From Candidatus Zhuqueibacterota bacterium (lineage in GTDB: Bacteria > BS750m-G25): DNA of 63,201 bases. Positions 50,070 to 59,235 of this stretch are shown here, piece after piece. Made by a program: the position numbers and the translations under genes. The DNA is taken from positions 1 to 63,201 of the forward strand of contig JADHWK010000009.1 of the NCBI GenBank assembly GCA_016783505.1, in the 5' to 3' direction. The notes under the pieces were generated by a model, which saw only the letters and a list, made by a program, of their open reading frames with translations, did not search any database and was not told the origin of the DNA. Positions within the stretch are counted from its first letter, which is position 1. Every line of letters starts with the position of its first letter.

Positions 50070-50300
50070 CTATTCCAAAATCTCGAGGAGGGCTCTTTTG
50101 CCGCTCTTTGCCGAAGCGGCCGCCAACAGTGTCCGAATGGAGCGGGCCGTCCGCCCCTCTTTTCCGATCACCTTGCCCAGATCATCCGGGCTCACCCGAA
50201 GCTCGTAAACGATCGTCCGGTCACCGTCCACCTCGGTTACCTCCACCGCATCCGGGTTGTCCACCAAATGCTTGGCTATGAATTCCACAAACTCCTTCAT
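50070..50300 (-). CDS. khpA: KH-domain RNA-binding protein
   Basis: [23 protein letters not shown]. Confidence 0.92.
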   Translation of the reverse strand: MKEFVEFIAKHLVDNPDAVEVTEVDGDRTIVYELRVSPDDLGKVIGKEGRTARSIRTLLAAASAKSGKRALLEILE

Positions 50301-50342
50301 CTTCCACCTCCCCAGGAATATTTGAAACAGGACCAGCCTACG

Positions 50343-50912
50343 TTAAGATTTATTCTCCTCTTCTTCGCCGGACCCGGAAATCTCGGATTTTCCCCCTTCT
50401 ATTATTTCCCCTGGTTCTTCTTCATTCCCCGCTGATTCCACCCCCTCATCCTTTTGGGACACTGCCTCTTCAGGGGCTGCTTCAGGAGTCAAAGCCTCTG
50501 GTGCTCCTTCTTCCACCACAGGGGAAGCCTCCGGCTCTTTTTCCTTTCCGGCCTCTTCTTTCGCGGCTTTTCTCCGCCTTTTTTCTATCTGAAGAACCTC
50601 CCACCTCTTCCATTCCTCAGTGATCTTTTCGTCGCTTAGCCCCCGCTTTTTCAGCCTCCATTTCAGCATGATACCCCGCTGGCTTAAAAGGCTGCGGACC
50701 GTGTCTGATGGCTGGGCGCCATAACCCAACCATTTTAACGCCTTTTCCTCATCCACCACAATTTCGGGGGGGTCGGTCATTGGGTTGTAGTGACCGATCT
50801 TCTCCAGATATTTGCCGTCCCTCTTCTTGCGGGAATCCACTGCTACAATCCGGTAAAAGGGACTTTTCTTCCGCCCCATGCGCCTCAATCGTATTCTTAC
50901 TGCCAAAGTCAC
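50343..50912 (-). CDS. rpsP: 30S ribosomal protein S16 with acidic C-terminal extension
   Basis: [28 protein letters not shown]. Confidence 0.96.
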   Translation of the reverse strand: MTLAVRIRLRRMGRKKSPFYRIVAVDSRKKRDGKYLEKIGHYNPMTDPPEIVVDEEKALKWLGYGAQPSDTVRSLLSQRGIMLKWRLKKRGLSDEKITEEWKRWEVLQIEKRRRKAAKEEAGKEKEPEASPVVEEGAPEALTPEAAPEEAVSQKDEGVESAGNEEEPGEIIEGGKSEISGSGEEEENKS

Positions 50913-50957
50913 CTCCAGGTTTTGTTTAAAAATCCATTTTTGATAATATCTACCTTC

Positions 50958-51081
50958 TTATAACTCCTTCATTGTAACAGGCCGATAAATCTCATTTTGC
51001 CTCCCTTCTGAAATCATATATTCAAGGTAGAGAAGCATACTGATTTCCCTCTTTCTTTACAAGACAAGTGAATGATTGCAT
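50958..51081 (-). pseudogene. Possible HicB-like antitoxin remnant with internal deletion
   Basis: MQSFTCLVRKRGNQYASL, then in another frame YLEYMISEGRQNEIYRPVTMKEL. Confidence 0.35.
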
Positions 51082-51111
51082 CTTTAGACATCCTCTTCTT
51101 ATGGCTTTATC

Positions 51112-51168
51112 TCCTAACGCAAACTCGCCTGTTATCCAAAGTTGTCGGGGGTAATATGACAGCTAGGC
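51112..51168 (-). mobile_element. Degenerate attC-like site
   Basis: Minus strand GCCTAGC ... GTTAGGA, directly upstream of the HicB-like remnant. Confidence 0.35.
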
Positions 51169-51335
51169 GTAAGATTTCGCTGGCACCTCAATGTAGCGGT
51201 CCGGCTTTTCAGCCTTCATAGCGGTCGCTGCCGCAGAAGTTACATTGAATTTTCCGCATAATGGATATAGACATATTGTCCGGCACGAATTTTTGCTTTA
51301 ATCTCTTCAATGACCACAATTTAACCAACAATTTA

Positions 51336-51421
51336 TGCTAACGTTTCCAACATAAAAGAAGTTTTTGCTAAGCAAAAATTTGGGTGAGCCCGTAGGGAGA
51401 ACCTTTTATGTTGTGTTATTT
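51336..51421 (-). mobile_element. Integron attC-like recombination site
   Basis: Minus strand AAATAAC-ACAACATAAAAG ... CTTTTATGTTGGAAAC-GTTAGCA; 18 bp after the nuclease stop. Confidence 0.75.
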
Positions 51422-51439
51422 GAAATGTCGCCATATACA

Positions 51440-52367
51440 TTATTCAATTTTTCCTTCTGCTAAAATAATTGTTCCATTTTTGCCAGAATACATTCTTTTG
51501 TTATCGGAATTAAATTCATATTTTACATCCAAAGATAATGACTCTATTGACAATATCTTATAATGTTTACATTTATAGATATGTTTACCTCGTTGCTCTC
51601 CAGCAACATAAATCTCAAACGATAATATGAAATGAGGTGCGTCATAGATTACTTTAAATTCATCAGAAGGTGAGAAATAAAAACTTCTTTGTGTTGTTTC
51701 TATATTTTCAATGTTATATGTTTTGCATTCTAAATAATACGGTTTCTTATTAAACCAGAAAAATATATCGGGATATCCTGTAGATTTTTTGCGTCCTTTT
51801 GGTCCTGTCGGGACATCGGCATTTAAGCCTAATGAATTTAAAGCGGACTTAGCATAAGGTTCTATATCATTTCCCACTTCATTTGGTCTTGGTCTTAAAA
51901 TTCCCAACATCATACGCCTTTTTACCTCCAAGTTGTGCAGCTTTGCTAAGTTGCCCTAACAATTTCTTTTTTTGCTCAACTGATGACTCAAAAGTAAAAA
52001 CTTTAAAACCTGTGAGTGCCTTTTCACTAATTGGAACTTTTACAACAATGACAGAAACCCCAAATTGGCAACCATCAACTATCTCATTTCTTAATACTTC
52101 AAAATCCCCGTATTTATTCACAAACTCGACTTCAAATACTTCATCATGCTTATTTCCAATCATTTCATAGATATATTCATCATCATCCCAGTCTCCGTTC
52201 TCTTTTATCATCTGCTCAGCTATACATTCTGCTTCCCAACCTTCTATAAGATAAACATACCTGTAAAATGGAGTCCTGACCTCACCTCGTGCAAACTTAG
52301 TTTCATCAAGTAATTTATTTATATGGTTTAATATACCCTCCTCATTGTAACATTGACACATAGTCAC
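51440..52367 (-). pseudogene. Frameshifted, probably chimeric PD-(D/E)xK restriction-endonuclease-like gene (ORFs 51879-52367 and 51440-51931)
   Basis: NEVGNDIE...GYPDI...YLECKT; removing one G from GTTGGGAATTTT (~51905) joins the frames to read ...KAYDVGILRPRPNEVGN. Confidence 0.6.
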
Positions 52368-52370
52368 ATC

Positions 52371-53612
52371 TCATCCTTGGAAATACAATAACTTCAGCAA
52401 TGATCTAAATCTTGCTGCAGCTTGGCTTGGGAAATAGCGTAATGAATATTTTGAATCTTTTACCTCAACAATGTTGATTATGTTTGAAGATAGAAACTTT
52501 AAGATTTCTTCAATTTCTTTTTTAGATATAAATGGCCTTTTCATCAATTCACATTTTGCATCAAGACCTCCCCTAATTACGTCAATATTTTTAGATTTAA
52601 AATCTAAATTCTCAACAATAAATAACACGTTATCCAAAAAAAGTTTAATCTCTTGGATTTTTTCTTCCAAAGGTTTCAAATCTTCATCGCTAATTAATCC
52701 TTTTTTAGAAAAAATTGCTACATATTCATGAGGAGATAATGGTAAATTTCTATGTATTTCCAGAAGTCTCAGAAGAGTTTTGACGTTTACAAGACTTGAT
52801 TCCTCAAGTTCGGCATCCCTTATCACCGCAGGATCAAAACCAACACTAACTACTAAAATGAAATCTGCATCATGTGATTTTTTATGTTGCTTAAGCCTTG
52901 TAAAATTGATACGAGATATTGAGCTTGACTTTGTACTTTTCCCATCCACAATAAAACTCACAGGTTTTTCCACCAAGACATCAGTGTCTCCGGGACCTCC
53001 AATCTTCCGAGCTTTAAAACCTATTTCATTAAAAAATTCACATAATGCGTTCTCAAAATTATCAGGATTTTCGCTGTCTCTCAGGGAAGTTTTTAATCTA
53101 TCCTCGAGCGTTAAAATACCTTTAACTTTTCCTTTCTCCTCAACTGTCTCCTTTGGCTTTTTTACCGGGATAAAATCTTTAACTTTGGGGATATATCCCT
53201 TCCTGAACTCCATAGGTGTGAAATCGTAATAATTTAAGTAATCTGTAACATCAAATTTCCCTTTTCCGCTCACTCGTAAATAAAATTTATTATTCTCTAC
53301 GAATATATTGAGTTTCCATTGTCCTGAGGCAACTTTGGAATCTACAATAAGTTTCTCCAAATCGTTGGAAGGCATGACAATAACATTATTCTCATCAGCA
53401 CATATAAAAAGGATGAAAAAGTTGTTTGAGGCGTATTTCTTGAAATCAGTTTCTGTTATCCCAAAGTAGTATTTCCCATTGTGATCCTTAGAATAGCGTA
53501 AATAGATCACAGCCCTTGAATTTAATTGAAACACGCTTTCACCTGCAATGACTTCAATATTATGTCGCTTTTCTAAAAGCTGTAAGATTGCCCTTTTTAA
53601 TTGTTTTGCCAT
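52371..53612 (-). CDS. Restriction endonuclease-like protein (Mrr-cat-like PD-(D/E)xK domain)
   Basis: FENAL..FF..IGF...GGPGDTDVL...IVDGKST; AT-rich; overlaps the methyltransferase stop. Confidence 0.75.
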   Translation of the reverse strand: MAKQLKRAILQLLEKRHNIEVIAGESVFQLNSRAVIYLRYSKDHNGKYYFGITETDFKKYASNNFFILFICADENNVIVMPSNDLEKLIVDSKVASGQWKLNIFVENNKFYLRVSGKGKFDVTDYLNYYDFTPMEFRKGYIPKVKDFIPVKKPKETVEEKGKVKGILTLEDRLKTSLRDSENPDNFENALCEFFNEIGFKARKIGGPGDTDVLVEKPVSFIVDGKSTKSSSISRINFTRLKQHKKSHDADFILVVSVGFDPAVIRDAELEESSLVNVKTLLRLLEIHRNLPLSPHEYVAIFSKKGLISDEDLKPLEEKIQEIKLFLDNVLFIVENLDFKSKNIDVIRGGLDAKCELMKRPFISKKEIEEILKFLSSNIINIVEVKDSKYSLRYFPSQAAARFRSLLKLLYFQG

Positions 53613-54802
53613 GCTATCTTCCTCAAATAAGTTGTATTACCGATAACTATCACCGCATATTTATTAGGCTTTAAGACTCTAAACATTTCTCTCAAGCTCT
53701 CCTTCATGTCTTCATTATAAAGTTCCACTCTACTTCTGCCATTTCCCCTGACTCCAATGAAATCATTCCTCATTTTTAATACATCGTATCCTAAATCTTT
53801 AAGTGAATGAACATCATTTTGAACATAATCAAGAGCAATCGAGTATGGCGGAGATGTAATTATCCCATTAACAGAGTTATCAGGTAATTTTACATTTCTT
53901 GAATCTCCAATTTCAATTTTTACATCTCCCAGTTTTAAATTCAGTCTTTCTTTTATTTCTATAAACTCTTTTACCGAAGCAATCATCAGATTCAGATTTT
54001 TAATAAAAGAAGTTCTGAAGTTTCTATTTCTCCTTGAACTGTCACTTACTGCTAAAAGTCTCGTCATTTTATAGAAATTTTTTACTCTTTTATCAGATGT
54101 TAAGTTTTCTATCATTTTATAGTAATTTGTTTCAGGAGAAAATAGATTTGGAACAAGTTTAGAAACCACCTCATCTTTTATTCTCAAAATTTCATCCAAA
54201 ACATAAATGGATTCTGTTTTTACCTTTCCCTGTATAACACAAAGTGGAGAAATATCTATCCCTATGAAATTTATTCCTAATAATTGAGCCTCAAGTGCTG
54301 TTGTTCCACTCCCTGAAAAGGGCTCAAAAACAATATCACCTTCTTTTAACCCAATTATATTCAGTAATGCCCTTATCATTTGTGGATGAAATTTTCCTTT
54401 ATATGGATATATCCAATGAGTTAAATATTGATTTACAGAACGAGTTTGATTTTTCTGGATTATATGAAAATAATTAGCATACTCGCCATCAATAGTTCTA
54501 AAATAAGAAGCTTTGTTCTTTATCAACTCTTTTAGTTCTTTAGACTGGCTCAATATTTTAAATTCTCTTAATCCATTTGTTACCTCAAACTCTATTCCTA
54601 AAGCATTTAATTCCAACTCCGCTAAAGACAGTTCATAAATAAATTGAACATTATCTAACAATACCAAGTCCTTTTTTACATCTTTAATGCCCGTATCATA
54701 AGCCCAGAATTGACTTTCTGCTCTGTCAATCATTATTTCACCTTTTTGCTTCAAAATTTTATTTTCCATAAATGCATCTCCTTTTAAAAGTAATGGCAAC
54801 AT
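53597..54802 (-). CDS. DNA amino-methyltransferase (N4-cytosine type), C-terminus possibly truncated
   Basis: YKGKFHPQ, PFSGSGTT (motif I), ITSPPY (motif IV); ends shortly after VIVIGN. Confidence 0.85.
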   Translation of the reverse strand: MLPLLLKGDAFMENKILKQKGEIMIDRAESQFWAYDTGIKDVKKDLVLLDNVQFIYELSLAELELNALGIEFEVTNGLREFKILSQSKELKELIKNKASYFRTIDGEYANYFHIIQKNQTRSVNQYLTHWIYPYKGKFHPQMIRALLNIIGLKEGDIVFEPFSGSGTTALEAQLLGINFIGIDISPLCVIQGKVKTESIYVLDEILRIKDEVVSKLVPNLFSPETNYYKMIENLTSDKRVKNFYKMTRLLAVSDSSRRNRNFRTSFIKNLNLMIASVKEFIEIKERLNLKLGDVKIEIGDSRNVKLPDNSVNGIITSPPYSIALDYVQNDVHSLKDLGYDVLKMRNDFIGVRGNGRSRVELYNEDMKESLREMFRVLKPNKYAVIVIGNTTYLRKIAWQNN

Positions 54803-54805
54803 TTC

Positions 54806-54900
54806 ATATAACTACTGGATTTGCGAACAAACTTTCGCCAATCCTTCCAGTTTGGGATATTTTACGAAATAAGTTTCGCTAATCCTCCTTTGCTGCGAAA
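54806..54900 (-). mobile_element. Degenerate attC-like site upstream of the R-M cassette
   Basis: Minus strand GGATTAGCGAA ... TTCGCAAATCC-AGTA-GTTATAT. Confidence 0.5.
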
Positions 54901-54944
54901 GGTCCTATCGGATTATTAAACTTGCCCAATTTTACAATGTCTTT

Positions 54945-55060
54945 CATCTTGAAGTCACCCATTCGCTTCATCATCTTCTGCATCCCGAAAAACTGTTTTA
55001 GCAACTGGTTTACCTGATGGACGCTGGTGCCGCTTCCGGCGGCGATCCGCTGCCGTCGGC
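54945..55060 (-). repeat. 116-bp duplicate of the ffh 3' end (direct repeat with 56091-56206)
   Basis: Identical apart from 2 substitutions; encodes RRQRIAAGSGTSVHQVNQLLKQFFGMQKMMKRMGDFKM. Confidence 0.95.
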
Positions 55061-55092
55061 ACTCTGTATTATTTGCCGTTGCGGGCTTTGGG

Positions 55093-55302
55093 TTATTTCT
55101 TCCAGTGTTTTTTAGCCCTTTCAAATATCTCTTCTATCGTCTGTCCCTCATAAAGCCGCCGAGAAATTTCTATATAATCGGTAGGTTCACGGTGTAGGAG
55201 AGTAAGAAACCTGAGGGCAGCGGTAGAGCCAAGAACCTTGTTTAAGGCCTCTATCCCACTAACCCTTATCTCTGTGTCATCCATTATCTTTGCTCTCCCC
55301 AT
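55093..55302 (-). CDS. Small hypothetical protein (antitoxin-like)
   Basis: 69 aa; G.EAL...LG...ALRFL......DY pattern typical of PIN-associated small proteins. Confidence 0.6.
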   Translation of the reverse strand: MGRAKIMDDTEIRVSGIEALNKVLGSTAALRFLTLLHREPTDYIEISRRLYEGQTIEEIFERAKKHWKK

Positions 55303-55344
55303 TAGGTATAAACTCTGCCTTAATCTTTAGCCGACACTATTAAT

Positions 55345-55767
55345 TCACAAGGGTATATCTGGCGGTTCAAAGACCAGAATACCTTTCGGCGCCTTGATTT
55401 TCATTTCCTTGTCATTAGTTAGAAGGGGAATACCATACTGCTCCGCTACTTGTAAGACTATAGCATCTCCGCCTCGCAAACCAGTTTTGGCGCCTAGCAT
55501 GGATGCCCGCTCAGCCACTTCAAGAGTTATTCCAAACCAGTTTATGGACGGTAATCGCGCCAAATTTCTATAAATAGCAACAGCAAGCATTTCATCGTTC
55601 GTTCTCCTTCGCAGAACGCAAGTCGTTTCAACTAATACAAGAGCGGGGCATAAAGCTTCTATTTCAAGATTTAATATCCTCTCAAAAATGGGATAACACT
55701 CAGGATGAAATATATCCTTTGGGTCGAGGCTACTGATAAGGACATTACTGTCAATAACAAACTTCAT
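55345..55767 (-). CDS. PIN-domain toxin (VapC family)
   Basis: VIDSNV, LVE, LRGGDA, LLTND. Confidence 0.88.
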   Translation of the reverse strand: MKFVIDSNVLISSLDPKDIFHPECYPIFERILNLEIEALCPALVLVETTCVLRRRTNDEMLAVAIYRNLARLPSINWFGITLEVAERASMLGAKTGLRGGDAIVLQVAEQYGIPLLTNDKEMKIKAPKGILVFEPPDIPL

Positions 55768-56012
55768 CGCTGGCGTTCCCTTTTAATGTCTTCTACGCTA
55801 TGACCCCCAGTAGAGGAAAGCCCAATTTTTTCAATCAATTCTGAAAATACCTTTCTCCAGTTATTAGCATCTAATCCTTTAGCTAACAAACTAGGTAAAG
55901 TTGAGCCATATTCCATAGCCTCAGCTGAGGTAAGCCGACTCTTCTTTAGGTAGAGTTCTCGCTCGATCCGTTTAATCTCGTTGATCATCTGGAGTTTCTG
56001 TTCTTTTTCCAT
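55764..56012 (-). CDS. Putative VapB-type antitoxin
   Basis: 82 aa; ATGA overlap with the PIN gene; SVEDIKRER tail. Confidence 0.65.
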   Translation of the reverse strand: MEKEQKLQMINEIKRIERELYLKKSRLTSAEAMEYGSTLPSLLAKGLDANNWRKVFSELIEKIGLSSTGGHSVEDIKRERQR

Positions 56013-56042
56013 GATATACCTCCACAGGCCCTATTCAATCAT

Positions 56043-57380
56043 TCAAAAATGGGTCAATTTTACAAAATCCCTTCCTACAGATCGTTCCGACATCTTGAAG
56101 TCACCCATTCGCTTCATCATCTTCTGCATCCCGAAAAACTGTTTTAGCAACTGGTTCACCTGATGGACGCTGGTGCCGCTTCCAGCGGCGATCCGCTGCC
56201 GTCGGCTCCCATCAATGATGCCAGGCTTTCTCCTCTCTTCGGGGGTCATAGACTGGATGATCGCCTCCACGGGAACCAGGGATCTTTCATCAAACTTCAG
56301 ACTTTTCAGCTTCCCCCCCAACCCGGGAAGCAACCCCAATAATTGATCCAAGGGCCCCATTTTTTTGAGTTGTTTGATCTGATCCAAAAAGTCCTCCAGG
56401 TCAAAGGTCTGCCGTGCCAGTTTTTCAGCCATCCGGGCTGCGGCTTCCTCCTCCACCGCCTCCTCGACTTTCTCAACCAAGGAAATCACATCCCCCAAAC
56501 CCAGGATGCGGGAGGCCATCCGTTCCGGATGAAAAACCTCCAGATCCCCCAGCCCTTCACCGGTTCCCCCAAAAAAGATAGGTTTTCCCGTCACCGCCCG
56601 AATGGACAGTGCGGCCCCACCCCTTTCGTCTCCATCCAGTTTGGTGAGAATAACCCCGTCGAAATCCAGCCATCTTAAGAATTCGGAGGCTGAGTTCACC
56701 GCATCCTGACCCGTCATCCCGTCGGCCACAAAAAAGATGTGATCGGGGGATATGGCCTCTTTCATCTCCTTCAGCTCGGCCATCATCCCCTCGTCAACGT
56801 GGAGGCGGCCGGCCGTGTCCAACACAGCGCCGTCCATTCGGTTCTCGCTGCAGAACTCGATAGTCCGCTGGGCCACGGATAAGGCAGATCCGTGCTCGTC
56901 AGTAACAATGGGAAGGTTCGCCCTCCGGGCCAGCACCCCAAGTTGATGCACGGCTGCCGGTCGCCGGAGATCAGTAGCCCCGAGGACAACCCTTTTACCC
57001 CGCTTCCCCAGAAATAAGGCCAGCTTCACCGCCGTGGTCGTCTTCCCCGACCCCTGCAGCCCCACCATCATAACAATTCCAGGAGACTTCAACAGGGAAT
57101 CTAAATTGGGGGCCTCACCCCCCAAAAGTACCGTCAGTTCATCCCTGAATATCTTAATTATCTGCTGACCCGGGCTAATGCTGCGCAACACCTTCTGACC
57201 CAATGCCCTCTCCTGAACCCGGGCGATAAAGTCCTTAGCTACCCGATAATTGACATCCGCCTCCAAAAGGACACGCCTCACCTCCCGCATGGAGTCAGCC
57301 ACGTTCTTCTCAGAAATCCGGCCGTAACCCCTCAAGGTTTTAAAAACCGAATCCAGCCGACCTGTTAGATTTTTAAACAT
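56043..57380 (-). CDS. ffh: Signal recognition particle protein
   Basis: GLQGSGKTT, DTAGR, TKLDGD, SMTPEER, RIAAGSG. Confidence 0.96.
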   Translation of the reverse strand: MFKNLTGRLDSVFKTLRGYGRISEKNVADSMREVRRVLLEADVNYRVAKDFIARVQERALGQKVLRSISPGQQIIKIFRDELTVLLGGEAPNLDSLLKSPGIVMMVGLQGSGKTTTAVKLALFLGKRGKRVVLGATDLRRPAAVHQLGVLARRANLPIVTDEHGSALSVAQRTIEFCSENRMDGAVLDTAGRLHVDEGMMAELKEMKEAISPDHIFFVADGMTGQDAVNSASEFLRWLDFDGVILTKLDGDERGGAALSIRAVTGKPIFFGGTGEGLGDLEVFHPERMASRILGLGDVISLVEKVEEAVEEEAAARMAEKLARQTFDLEDFLDQIKQLKKMGPLDQLLGLLPGLGGKLKSLKFDERSLVPVEAIIQSMTPEERRKPGIIDGSRRQRIAAGSGTSVHQVNQLLKQFFGMQKMMKRMGDFKMSERSVGRDFVKLTHF

Positions 57381-57434
57381 GTTTATTTAATATCTTAGGG
57401 GTATAACATAAAGAAATACTTTAAAAAACTAATC

Positions 57435-57920
57435 CTAGTATCGTTCCTTAATCCGGTTAATGATCTGGGTTGTGGATCGGCCTAAAATTTCGGGTATGAC
57501 CACCACCCTTCCCCCGTTCTCTTCTACTACCCCCCGGCCTACGATGTCTTCCGGGGTATAGTCTCCCCCTTTTACCAGCACGTCGGGCAATAGGGTCTCA
57601 ATCAGTTCCAGCGGGGTCTCCTGGTCGAAAAGGCAGACATAACTCACATCTTTCAGTCCCGCCAGGATAAAGGCCCGGTCCTCCTGGGGCACCAAGGGCC
57701 GTCTGTCACCCTTAATCTTGCGGACCGATCGGTCACTGTTCAAACCCACAATAAGAATGTCCCCAAGTTCTTTGGCCCTTCCCAGATATTCCACATGCCC
57801 CCGATGCAGAATATCAAAGACCCCATTGGTAAAGACGACTTTCTTTCCCCCTGTCCTTGCTTTTCTTCTGACGTTTGTCAATTCCTTAATACCAATAACC
57901 CGGCCCAATATGTCCACCAA
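57435..57920 (-). CDS. rfaE2: D-glycero-beta-D-manno-heptose 1-phosphate adenylyltransferase
   Basis: FTNGVFDILHRGH, VGLNSD, VKGGDY, STT. Confidence 0.93.
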   Translation of the reverse strand: MVDILGRVIGIKELTNVRRKARTGGKKVVFTNGVFDILHRGHVEYLGRAKELGDILIVGLNSDRSVRKIKGDRRPLVPQEDRAFILAGLKDVSYVCLFDQETPLELIETLLPDVLVKGGDYTPEDIVGRGVVEENGGRVVVIPEILGRSTTQIINRIKERY

Positions 57921-58028
57921 TTATCAGTAGGTTACAATGATTCTAAAAAATTTGCAAATTATCATAATTACCCGAATTTTAGGCATTTTTTATCCCGACA
58001 CTTCGGAGTGAAATTTAGGCAATTATAG

Positions 58029-58102
58029 TGGGCGATACCCGATTCGAACGGGTGACCTCTGGTATGTGAGACCAGCGCTCTAACCTACTGAGCTAATCGC
58101 CC
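58029..58102 (-). tRNA. tRNA-Val(CAC), CCA not encoded
   Basis: GGGCGATTAGCTCAGTAGGTTAGAGCG-CTGGT-CTCACAT-ACCAG-AGGTC-ACCCGTTCGAATCGGGT-ATCGCCCA cloverleaf. Confidence 0.95.
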
Positions 58103-59093
58103 TACCCATTAACATTTCAAACAACTTCTCCCGGTCCACGGGCACGATGCCCACTTCTCCGCAGACAATCCCAGCGGCGTAGTTGGCGATGGTGGCCGCC
58201 TCTTTCAGGCTGGCTCCGGAAGCCAGGGCCACGGTCAGTGTGCCGATTACCGTATCACCAGCCCCGGAGACATCGTGGATTTTCATGGCCGTGGTGGGCA
58301 CCTGGGTTATCCTCCCCCCTTTCTCAAACAGGGTCATCCCCCGCTCCCCCTGGGTAATCAATACCGGGCAGTTTAACCTTTTCACCAAATCGTTCCCCAC
58401 CCCACGCAAATCCTCGTCCGACCCGACCCGACAGCCCAACACCCCCTCCGTCTCCCTGAGGTTGGGTTTGACCAAGGTGACGTCCCGGTACTGGAAGAAA
58501 TTATTGAACTTGGGGTCGGCAGTGATGATCTTATCCCCCATCCGACCCATCCCGATGATCCCGGCGATCACCTTCTTGGTCAGCACTCCTTTATTGTAAT
58601 CCTGAAGGATAATGCCGTCAATGCGGTCTAAAATATCCCTTAGATAGTTCAGAATTTTATCTTCAATCTGGGGACCGATGTTCTGCCTCACCTCCCTGTC
58701 GGTGCGCACCACGTGCTGGGAATGGGCGATGACCCGGGTCTTTACCGTGGTGGGACGCTGGTTCTCGCTGAACAGGCCCTCGGTGGTAAAGCCCAGTTGC
58801 TTGAAAAGGTTGCGGACCACCAGCCCTGAGTTATCATCCCCCACCACCCCTATTATGAGGGGAACAGCCCCCAGGGAATGAATGTTATGGGCAACGTTGG
58901 CCGCCCCCCCCAGACGCTCGGTCTCCTCGCTGATTTCAACCACGGGAACAGGGGCCTCGGGGGAAATGCGGGCTACCTCGCCCCAGAGGTAGCGATCCAG
59001 CATCAGGTCACCGATGACCGCAATCTTTCTCTCACAAAATCCTTCAAACAGTTGTTCAAGACGGGTTTTTGATATCTCAATCATATATTTCAA
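58080..59093 (-). CDS. rfaE1: D-glycero-beta-D-manno-heptose-7-phosphate kinase
   Basis: GDLMLDRY, RISPEAPVPV, GGAANVA, DVSGAGDT. Confidence 0.94.
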   Translation of the reverse strand: MKYMIEISKTRLEQLFEGFCERKIAVIGDLMLDRYLWGEVARISPEAPVPVVEISEETERLGGAANVAHNIHSLGAVPLIIGVVGDDNSGLVVRNLFKQLGFTTEGLFSENQRPTTVKTRVIAHSQHVVRTDREVRQNIGPQIEDKILNYLRDILDRIDGIILQDYNKGVLTKKVIAGIIGMGRMGDKIITADPKFNNFFQYRDVTLVKPNLRETEGVLGCRVGSDEDLRGVGNDLVKRLNCPVLITQGERGMTLFEKGGRITQVPTTAMKIHDVSGAGDTVIGTLTVALASGASLKEAATIANYAAGIVCGEVGIVPVDREKLFEMLMGRAISSVG

Positions 59094-59179
59094 TTTTCAA
59101 AAAGTCAATTGTAAATATACAATTTTTAACGATAAAAAGCAAGAAATTTAATTTGATTCTTGCCCGTGGAGTTTAGATT

Positions 59180-59214
59180 AAAAAGCCGGTTTGCCCCCGT
59201 AGTAACCGGCCTTT
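59180..59214 (-). terminator. Probable terminator
   Basis: GCCGGTT / AACCGGC stem with T-run on the minus strand after the peptidase gene. Confidence 0.55.
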
Positions 59215-59235
59215 CATTTTCCCAATTACTTTTGA

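Noticed and set aside
51895..51915. Programmed ribosomal frameshift in the nuclease gene
   Set aside because: Joining the frames needs a +1 shift with no canonical slippery heptamer; mutation or sequencing error in a G-run is simpler.
54879..55124. 81-aa ORF as an independent gene
   Set aside because: It is the duplicated ffh tail read in frame from a chance upstream start.
58029..58102. tRNA-Val as an island integration site
   Set aside because: No duplicated tRNA 3' end was seen and both flanks are core LPS genes.
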